The notes beneath the pieces were generated by a model. The model worked only from the letters and a program-made list of their open reading frames with translations. It was not told where the DNA came from and ran no database searches. Source: an uncultured Pseudomonadota bacterium (lineage in GTDB: Bacteria; Myxococcota_A; Polyangia; Fen-1088). From it: DNA of 64,000 nucleotides. Positions 22,247 through 31,324 of the stretch are shown here, in pieces. Within the stretch, counting starts at the first letter, position 1. Each line of letters starts with the position of its first letter. Both the position numbers and the translations under genes were made by a program. The stretch covers positions 79,755-143,754 of the forward strand of contig CAVSAG010000002.1 of assembly GCA_963725905.1 (NCBI GenBank), written 5' to 3'.

Positions 22247-23380
22247 AGAACCTCCGGACCGTGTCGATCGCGGGTGCCCTGGCGCTGCTCGCCGGGACGC
22301 GCGCCGCGGCCCAGGCGCCGCCGGGGCCCGTTCCGCCGTCGGCGCCGGTCGCGGAGCCCGCGGTCGCTCCGGGCGCGCGTGTCGCCACCGGTCAGGCGCC
22401 GGTGGTGGGGGGAAACGCCGCCGGCGCGCGGGAGCGGGCGCTCGAGGACGCGATTCGCCAGGTCGTCGATCAGGCGCTCGCCGAGCTCGTCGATCCGCAG
22501 ACACGCGCGGCGCAGGCGAAGGCGGTCCGCGCCCTCGAGGCCAAGGCGCACAGCTTCGTGGGGAGCTACCGCACGCTCGAGGAGGGGGAGGCGAACGGCG
22601 TCTACTCCGTGCGCATCCAGGCCGAGGTCGATCTGGTCGCGCTCCGGCGCAAGGTCGAGCGCTGGACGGTGCCGGCGCCGGGCCCCGCGCCCACCGTGGC
22701 GGCCGCGCCGTCGATCGTCCCTGCAGGCCGGGGAGGGCGCGTCCCCGGAGTTCATCGCCAGGCTGGTCGCGCGCCCTGTCGGCGGCGGGCGTTCGCGCAC
22801 GCGGCGGCTCCACCGGTCCGGCGGCGCCCGGGGTCCGCCACCGCGACGGTGACTGTCACCTCGCGCGACGAGGGGGCGTTACGCGGCACGGGGCGCGTCT
22901 CGGTGGCCTGCCAGGCGACCGCCCGGTTCGCCGGTGCCCCGCTGCCCGAGCGCGCGGCCTCCGCCCGCGCCTTCGCCGAGACCGCCGACGCAGGTCGCGC
23001 CGATTGTCTCGGCCGGTTGGCCGGCGCGCTGGGCGCCGATCTCGCGTCGACGATGAACGCGGCGAGCCGCCGGCAGCGGGCGACCTGCCGATTCTCACCA
23101 TCGACGCCGACGTCGTCGAGCCGGCGGCCGTCTCGGCGCTGCTCAAGAGCGTCCGCTCGGTGGGCGCGGTCTCGGGGGCCGACCTCTGGCGGGTGGGCGG
23201 CGGTCATGCCGAGATTCGTGCCCGGACCCGCTCGGCCCCGGGGCCGCTGGCGGCCGCCCTCTCGCGCGATGCCGACGCGATGATCAGCTTGAGCGACGTG
23301 CAGATCGCTGGCGGCGTCATCCGGCTTCGAGCCCGGCTGCGCGCCCCCGGCCGCGGAGACCGGGAGGCAACACCCCATGA
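22243..23380 (+). CDS. secreted protein with LPP20/FlgT-N-like N-terminal region; frame broken several times, 3' end uncertain
   Basis: GTG at 22243 gives MKNLRTVSIAGALALLAGTRAAAQA, then GNAAGARERALEDAIRQVVDQALAELV...GVYSVRIQAEVDL. The G/C3 signal hops frames between ~22715-22800 and again at ~23040-23075. A TGA at 23378-23380 would form an ATGA overlap with the next gene, but it is not in the frame as given. Confidence 0.4.
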
Positions 23381-23708
23381 ACCGGCTTCGCGCCGCCGCC
23401 CGCGCGCTCCGCGCTCGGGGTGCTGCTCGTCCTGCTGGCGGCCGCCGCCGGCGGCTGCGCGCACACGCTCGGCGACTACGCGGTCGGCGTCCGCGTCGAG
23501 TGCAACGTCCCCGACGCGAGCGTCTGGATCGACGATCTCCTGGCCGGCAGCGCGGCCGAGTGGAAAGGGCGAGGGGCACCAGATCCGCGCCGGCTTCCAC
23601 CGCATCGAGATCCGCCACCCCGGCTACTACTCCTTCTTCCAGGAAGTCGATCTCCCCGCCGGCAGCCACACCGTCGTCAACGCCAAGCTGCGCGAGCTGC
23701 TGGACTAG
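23377..23708 (+). CDS. PEGA-domain lipoprotein, frame broken twice
   Basis: gggagg RBS lies before the ATG at 23377. Lipobox LLAAAAGGC. PEGA-like VRVECNVPDASVWIDDLLAG...GHQIRAGFHRIEIRHPGYYSFFQEVDLPAGSHTVVNAKL. Extra bases at ~23400-23416 and ~23565; length is 3n+2. Confidence 0.65.
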
Positions 23709-25208
23709 CGCCCACAGCGCTCGACCTCGCAGAACTCGATGTGGCGGGGGACTTTGTAGGGCGCCAGGTTGCGGGCGCAGTGGTCGATGATGTCCTCGGC
23801 GCGGCAGACGCCGGCGCGGACGATGCGCGCCACGACCATCGGGCCGCCCAGATCGTCGGTGACGATCCGAACCTCCGCCTCCTTGACCTTGGGGAAGGCC
23901 TCCAGGCAGCCGGCGACCTCGCCGAGCGCCAACCGCTTGCCGTCGACCTTGACCAGATCGTCCTCGCGGCCGGTGATGACCGTGCGGCCCGTCTTGTCCT
24001 GCTGGCCGAGGTCGCCGGTGCGCAGCCAGCCCTCCTCGACGCCGCCGATCGGCGATTCCGTCGCCGCGCTTGGGGAGGTGAATCTTCGGCACCGAGACGG
24101 TCGACAGCGCCCGCGAGCGGACCCAGATCGGCCCGGTCTCGTTCGCCGACAGCTTGTCGCCCTTCGGGCCGGCGATGCGCAGCTCGACGCCTTCGAAGGT
24201 CCGCCCGACGCTCTCCGGGTCCTTGCCGGCGCGATCGATCGCCAGCGGGCCGGCCTGCGTGGTGTGGTAGCAGGAGAGCAGGCGGACGCCGAACCTCTGC
24301 TGGAACGTCTCGGCGATGTTCGCGGGCAGCGACGAACCCGAGCTGAGGAAACGCGCGCCGGTGTTCTTGAGCGGCTTGACCGTCGGCACGCGCACCAGCG
24401 ATCCGAACAGCGCCGGCGTCCCCGCGAACAGATCGATCCGCTGCTCGCGCAGCAGCTTGGCGATTCGCTTGGGCGACACCTCGTCCTCGAGGAACAGCGT
24501 GGCGCCGTTGGCGAGCGAGGTCAGCAGGCCGAAGTCGAACCCGTAGCTTCCGTGCAGCGGCAGCGAGCAGAGGATGCGGTCCGCCGCGGTGGCGTCCAGC
24601 GTCTTCCGGATCGCCTCGGCGGCCGCCCGGAGATTGGCCGCCGTCTTGATCACTCCCTTGGGGTCCCCACCGACCGAGGCGGTCATCTGCACGACCTCGG
24701 GCTCGCCACCGCCGTTCGTCAGCTTGGCGAGCGCGGTGCGCTTGTAGAGCCCACAGGTGAGCAGCGTCCCCTGCAGCCGGCGGCGCGACTCGGGCACGAA
24801 CTTCGACGGTGGTCCGGCGGGCGGCCGCGGGATCGGTGGGCCGGCGTAGTAGGGGAGCCCGGCGGTCGCCTGTCCCCCCTCACCGCCGCGCGGCCGGGTG
24901 ATGAGCGCGCGCAGCGGCGCCGCCTCCAGCACCATCTCCAGCTCGCGGTTGCCGGTGGTCGGATCGAGCGGAACGATCACCGCGTCGATCTTGGACAGGG
25001 CCAGCGCCAGGATGACGAAGTCGGGGACGTTCCCCAGCATGAGGCCGACCCAGGCCCCCGGCGCGATCCCCAGCGCGTGCAGCTCCTGCGCGCGCCGATC
25101 GACACGGTGGAGCAGCCCGCGCCACGAAAGGTACGTGTCGCGATAGACCAGGGCCTTGCCACTGCTCTGGTTCGAGGCGGAGCTCGAAAGCCACTCGTAA
25201 AGCTGCAT
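23705..25208 (-). CDS. AMP-dependent synthetase/ligase (acyl-CoA synthetase family), frame broken once
   Basis: AMP-binding motif TASVGGDPKGV; later WLRTGDLG and GREDDLVKVDGKRL; C-terminus NLAPYKVPRHIEF. Extra base at ~24036-24040. Its stop shares the palindromic ctag with the PEGA gene's stop. Confidence 0.8.
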
Positions 25209-25308
25209 GCTGCGGCGGGCGGCCTTTCGGAAGGCGCGGGTCAGTTTATACGCCCACGGTCAACGGCCACAAGGCCCCACCGGCGGGGCGGGGCAGAAAG
25301 GTCGGTTT

Positions 25309-26497
25309 TTAGCGGGCCGCGTAGAGGTGGGTCCCGGAGCGGTCGTTCTTCTCCAGTTGCTTGCCGGCGAGGTATTCGGTGACGATGTGCCGCCCGACGT
25401 AGGTCGCCTTGATCCGCCAGGTCGGGGCGTTGCCGAGGACCACCGCGAAGGCGATCGCGGGCCGGTCGGCGGGGGCGTAGCCGACGAACCAGCTGTAGCC
25501 GATGGGGCCGCGGTCGGTCTCGGCGTTCAGGGTGCCGGTCTTGCCGGCGACGTCCACCGGCAAGAGGCGCTGCCCGCGCTTGTTGCGGAAGGTCGCCTTT
25601 GCCGTCCCGATGCGGGTGGTCAGCTCCATCATCCGCCCGACCTCGGCGGCGGCTGCCGGATCGGCCACCCGGCGGGTCGAGGCGACCGGCAGCGACTCGG
25701 CGCGGCCGCTGGCGTCGACGGCCCGCTCGATGAGCGTCGGCGCGGGCATCGCGCCGCCGTTGGCGATGGTCGCGGCCAGGAGCGCGCCATGCATCGGCGA
25801 CAGCGTCGAGTGCCAGAAGCCGGCCGACGCACGCGCCAGCTCGAGCCGGTTGTCCGTCGGGACGTCGAGGTGCGACGGCTCGATGGGGATCTCGAAGGGG
25901 ATCTCCTCGCCGAAGCCGAAGGCGCGTCCCTCGCGCATCAGAGTCCTCGGCGGTGAGGTGGTCCGTCACCAGCTTGGCGACGATCGCGTTCTGCGACTTG
26001 CCGATCCCGTAGGCCAGCGAGGCGCAGCTCTTGTCGATGGCCGGGATGTCGATGAGGTTGTCGGGCAGCACCGCGGAGACGCCGCCGTGGTAGCAGACGC
26101 GCGTCGTGCCCGGCAGACCGCTCTCGACGAGCGCCGTGGCGGAGACGACCTTGAACACCGACGCCGACGGCGCCCAGGGGTGCAGCGCCAGATCGGCCGG
26201 GCCGAGGCGCGGATCGGCAGCCGAGCGCCCCACCATCGCCAGCACGCGGCCGTCGGGGATCGAGATGACGACAGCGCCGGCGTAGGGGATCTGGAAGGTG
26301 CGCAGGACGTCGTCCGTGCTGGCCTGCAGGCGCGGGTCGAGCGTCAGCTCGGCGTGTCCACCGTCGGTGAGTTCGGCGACATAACGGTGCCCGGCCAGGT
26401 GAATCGACTCCGGCTTCACGGAGGGGGATTGGGCCCGCACGGGCAACGAGACCAGAATCAGAGCGGCGACCGTTGCGAAGCGGTGGGTATGTGCCAT
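25309..26497 (-). CDS. penicillin-binding protein (transpeptidase domain), frame broken once
   Basis: Signal peptide present. SxxK (SVFK), SxN (SQN) and KTG (GKTGT) motifs occur in the correct order. Extra base at ~25942 (HLTAED|LMREGRAFGFG). Confidence 0.8.
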
Positions 26498-26588
26498 AAT
26501 GACACCGTCTTACATGTAGGTGTAAGTGTCAAATTATCCTCCCCTTGCCGCCTTCGTGGCTTTGACCTAGCCTGCTTCGCCGGACCCC

Positions 26589-27509
<921 letters not shown>

Positions 27510-27655
27510 CCCCACCTTCGGGGCCCCGCGGCCCCTCGGCGCCTTATTTCACGTTGGCAGGACCCGAGCGCCTTCGGGCTTTAAAGTGAGCTCGCCTCCG
27601 CTACGCGCGGCTGCGCGCCTCGCGCCTTGACCGGGCGCTGCTCCCCGCGCGTGGG

Positions 27656-27712
27656 CTTTTTCCGGCGCGTCGGCTGCCCTTGATGTTGTTGCAGCCGACG
27701 CGCCGGAAAAAG
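27656..27712. terminator. 22-bp perfect inverted repeat (probable bidirectional terminator) between convergent genes
   Basis: ctttttccggcgcgtcggctgc (27656-27677) is the exact reverse complement of gcagccgacgcgccggaaaaag (27691-27712), with a 13-nt loop. The T5/A5 runs give a U-tract on either strand. Confidence 0.6.
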
Positions 27713-27835
27713 CTTCGTGCGGCCCTCAGCGGTGGTGCGAGGCGCTTGGTGCTCGCCGCACGAAACGGAGGCGAGGCGCGGTCAGGAAACGCGTGTGCCG
27801 AGCGGAGCGGAGGAGGCGAGCGAAACCGAGGGCGG

Positions 27836-29386
27836 TCAGTGAATCGACGGTTCGAGGACGCCGTCCTCGTCTTCCCGGGGCGCGTGCTGGGTCTGGGGCA
27901 CGGCGGCGGGCGCAGCGGGACGCGGGCGACGTGAGCGGGCCGCGGAGGCGTGCTCACCAGTAGTGCCGCCGGCTCCCTCGACCGGGGGCGGCTCGACGTC
28001 GGCGTGGCGCAGGGTCGCGAAAAGGGGCGACGGAAGGTTGGGGACCACGTACATCGTCTTGGGCTCGTAGCCCGCCTTCTTGAACTGGAACTCGACCGCC
28101 GAGTCGCTGTAGGTGACCTCGATCGATAGCGGCGTCAGCCCCAGCGTCTTGCCGTCGGCGCGCAACACGACCGCGCCGTCGGGGTCGGAGTTGAAGTTCA
28201 CGCGGACCGTCGCTGGATGGAGTGGCAGGCTGGCGGCAGGGAGTTGGCGGCGGTTGTCGTTCTGGTGCCCGAGCAGCAGGAAGGCCGCCAGCCCGGCGCA
28301 GGCGACGCCGATGAAAAGGACGACGCGGCTCCCCTGCTTGGTCCGGATCAGGTTGTCGATGTTCCCGATCAGCTCGCCGCGGCCCGAAGGGGTTCCGCCC
28401 GGCGGCGGCGGGGTGAGGATGTTCCCGGGATCCTGCAGCGCCGAGCGTGCCTCGATGTCGGCGCGGGCCATGGGCGCGGCGGCGCGCGCGATCCCCGAGA
28501 GATCCTCGGGGATGCCGATCTCGGGCGCGGAGCTCGCGTAGCGCTCCGGGTCGAGCAGCGCCTCGCGCAGGTCGGACATGGTCTGGAACCGCTGGTCGCG
28601 GTCCTTGGCCAGCACCCGGTACATGATGGCGTCCATGAACTCGGGCAGCTCGGGGACCACGCTGCGCACCGACGGCGGCGGCATCGTGACGTGCTTGACG
28701 ATGATCTCGCCATACCCCTCGCCTCCGAACGGCACCTTCCCGGTCAGCATCTCGAAGATGAGAACGCCGAGCGAGTAGATGTCGGCGCGGTAGTCGATCT
28801 CGGTCTTCCCCTCGCACTGCTCGGGGGACATGTAATAGGGCGTCCCCATCACCGACCCCGTACGGGTCTTGTGGGTCACCTTCTGGTCGTTCTGGGTCAG
28901 CTTGGCGAGGCCGAAGTCGAGCACCTTCACGAACTCGCGGTTTGCGCCGCGGTGGCAAAGGAAGATGTTCTCCGGCTTGAGGTCGCGGTGAATGATCCCT
29001 TGCTGGTGCGAGGCGTTCAGCGCGTCCGCGATCTGGGCGCCGATCGACATCGCCTGGTTGAGTGGAATCCGTTTTTCCCTCTTGAGGCGGTCGGACAGCG
29101 ACTCGCCCTGGAGGTACTCCATCACGAAGTAGAACTCGCCGTCCGAGGTGTTCCCGAAGTCGGCGATGTCGACGATGTGCTCGTGGCCGATCTGGTTGAC
29201 GGCCTTTGCCTCGGTGATGAAGCGCGACACCACGTCGGAGTTCTTCGAGAGCTCCGGGTGGATTGCCTTCATGGCAACCTTCTTGCCGATGACCGGGTGC
29301 TCCGCCAGATACACCACCCCCATGCCCCCCTCTCCGAGCTTGGCGGTGATCTTGTAGTTACCGATCGTATGCCCGATATCGATCAT
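27836..29386 (-). CDS. Ser/Thr protein kinase with TM segment and C-terminal PEGA-like domain
   Basis: GEGGMGVVY, VAMK, HRDLKPENIF, DFGLAKL, YMSPEQ. TM helix VVLFIGVACAGLAAFLLLG. C-terminal VRVNFNSDPDGAVVLRADGKTLGLTPLSIEV...KKAGYEPK. Confidence 0.92.
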   Translation of the reverse strand: MIDIGHTIGNYKITAKLGEGGMGVVYLAEHPVIGKKVAMKAIHPELSKNSDVVSRFITEAKAVNQIGHEHIVDIADFGNTSDGEFYFVMEYLQGESLSDRLKREKRIPLNQAMSIGAQIADALNASHQQGIIHRDLKPENIFLCHRGANREFVKVLDFGLAKLTQNDQKVTHKTRTGSVMGTPYYMSPEQCEGKTEIDYRADIYSLGVLIFEMLTGKVPFGGEGYGEIIVKHVTMPPPSVRSVVPELPEFMDAIMYRVLAKDRDQRFQTMSDLREALLDPERYASSAPEIGIPEDLSGIARAAAPMARADIEARSALQDPGNILTPPPPGGTPSGRGELIGNIDNLIRTKQGSRVVLFIGVACAGLAAFLLLGHQNDNRRQLPAASLPLHPATVRVNFNSDPDGAVVLRADGKTLGLTPLSIEVTYSDSAVEFQFKKAGYEPKTMYVVPNLPSPLFATLRHADVEPPPVEGAGGTTGEHASAARSRRPRPAAPAAVPQTQHAPREDEDGVLEPSIH

Positions 29387-29474
29387 GCAGCCGGGGGCTA
29401 AGCCTCCAGTTTATAGCTGAACTGTATAGTGCCGCACGAATATAACGTACGAGAAGCCAAACGTTTCCCGACGA

Positions 29475-30332
29475 TCAGCCGAAAAGAATCGATCGTCGCT
29501 GGACCAGCAAATCGGCGATCATTGTATCGATTCCCGAGCGGACCGCTTCCGCCACGCGGGCGGTCCCCGCATGGTCGCCGACAGCCGGCGGCGGGATGGG
29601 TGAGCCAATCTTGATCGTCCATTTGGTGGGTACCGGGAGCAGGCCGAGCGGGCCAAGCCATGGAAAAGTCGGAGTTATTGGGATGTAAGGCAGCCCCAGC
29701 GGCTCGGCAAGAGAGGTGATCTTCCCAATGACGGGGTGGATCTCCTCCGCGCCGACGATGGCGACGGGGAGCAGCGGGACCTGGGCCTCGGCGGCCAGCC
29801 GGACGAACCCACCCCGGCCGAACCGCGCCATCCGGTAGCGCTCCCGGTAGAGTTTTCCAACCCCCTTCAGGCCCTCGGGAAATACGGCGACCAGCTCGCC
29901 CGCGGCCAGCAATGGCAGAGCCGTTTCGCGCGACGCTCGGACGCCTCCGACCCGCGCCACGACGTTGGCCATCCAGCCGGCGCGGAAGGCGAAGTTGGCC
30001 ACCAGCGGGCGGACGCGCCGATGGGCCGGGTGGTCGCGATGGATGCCGTGCAGCAAGAGCGCGCCGTCGTAGGGGATGCCGCCCGAGTGGTTGCCGACCA
30101 GCATGGCGGCGCCGGTCGCCGGCACGTTCTCGACGCCGAGGAGACGCACTCGGAAGTAGCGCGACCAGAGGAACTCGAGCAGCGGCGCCGTTCGCTCGGC
30201 GAACACCGGATCGAACCCGCCGCCCGGGAGCTCAGCGGCCCGCTGGGCGTTCGGGCCGTACGCCGCGCGCATCGCCTCGATGACCGCGGCGAGAGCGGAG
30301 CGGATCGTCCCGTCAGATCCGGCAGTCGGCAC
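29475..30332 (-). CDS. lysophospholipid (PlsC-family) acyltransferase
   Basis: VGNHSGGIPYDG and VAVFPEGLKG motifs typical of PlsC-type acyltransferases. 285 aa. Confidence 0.7.
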   Translation of the reverse strand: MPTAGSDGTIRSALAAVIEAMRAAYGPNAQRAAELPGGGFDPVFAERTAPLLEFLWSRYFRVRLLGVENVPATGAAMLVGNHSGGIPYDGALLLHGIHRDHPAHRRVRPLVANFAFRAGWMANVVARVGGVRASRETALPLLAAGELVAVFPEGLKGVGKLYRERYRMARFGRGGFVRLAAEAQVPLLPVAIVGAEEIHPVIGKITSLAEPLGLPYIPITPTFPWLGPLGLLPVPTKWTIKIGSPIPPPAVGDHAGTARVAEAVRSGIDTMIADLLVQRRSILFG

Positions 30333-31324
30333 GGGTCCCCCCCAGCGATTCGATCACCGCGATGAAGTCGGCGGGCGGTTCGGCGCGCAGCTCGATCGGC
30401 GCGCCGGTCACCGGATGCGGAAACCCGAGCAGACCCGCGTGCAGCATGAGGCGCGGCGCCGGCAGGGGCTCCCGCCCGGCGCGCCAGAGCTCGCGGATGT
30501 AGACGGTCTCTCCGACCAGCGGATGGCCGCGCTCGGAGAGGTGGATGCGAATCTGGTGGGTTCGCCCGGTCTCGAGGCGCACGCGGCAGAGTGTAGCGGC
30601 GATCGCGCCGGCCGGCCCCCCCGGCGCCGTCGATTTCCCGGCCCGCGAACCCGCGCCCGATCGGTAGCGGCGCAATGGTTCTACGTAGGTGATGGCCAGC
30701 TGTCCCTGAGTCGGCGTGGCGGGTGGAGCCGCGGATCCCGTCGCCGCGATCGGCGACGAGCTGCGATTCGATCCGCGCGGCCGCCACCTCCCCTTCAGCC
30801 AGGGCCAGGTAGGCGCGGGCGGCGGTGTGGCGCTGGAAGACCTCGTGCAGCGCGCGCTCGGCGAGGCGGGTCTTGGCGAAGACGAGCAGGCCGGAGGTGT
30901 CCTTGTCGATCCGGTGAACGGTGTAAAGCGGCGTCACCGTGGCGCGCTTCCCGGCCCGCTTCCAGCTGGAGCGAATGAGATCGAGCGCGGTGCCGGTCTC
31001 CTTGCGCTCGTAGGGGACGCTGGTGATGCCGGACGGCTTTTCGATCACCACCAGGTGCCCGTCCTCGAAGGCGATCCGGAAGCCGGACGGCAGGGTGTTC
31101 GGTTTGGGCGCGTTGGGGCGCAGCTCGATCCGTTGACCGGCGGTCACGCGGGCGGCGGGATCGAGCGCGCGCTCCCCGTCGAGCGTGACCTTGCCGGTCG
31201 TGCAGAGCGCGCGCACGTCGCTCCAGCTCTCCCCGGCGAGGCGCCGCCGCAGCGCCGCCGCCAGCGTGACACCGTCGTCGGTGGCGTCGAGCTCGAAGGT
31301 CTGCGCGGGGCGTTTTTCAGCCAC
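30313..31324 (-). CDS. rluD: RluA/RluD-family pseudouridine synthase, frame broken once
   Basis: S4-like N-terminus. HRIDKDTSGLLVFAKT catalytic motif and LETGRTHQIRIHL. GTG at 31324 overlaps the alaS stop (GTGGCTGA). Extra base at ~30715-30725; length is 3n+1. Confidence 0.82.

Noticed and set aside
26509-26526. CTTACA-n6-TGTAAG inverted repeat between the divergent PBP and FHA-GGDEF genes, as an operator.
   Set aside because: A 6-bp half-site in an AT-richer promoter region is expected by chance. There is no supporting second copy in the window.
27680-27934. 84-aa ORF (+) and 118-aa ORF (27601..27957, -) in the long GGDEF-kinase spacer, as possible small genes.
   Set aside because: They have Arg/Gly-rich off-frame composition and no RBS. 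They overlap the hairpin and the kinase 3' end, and they show no coding periodicity.
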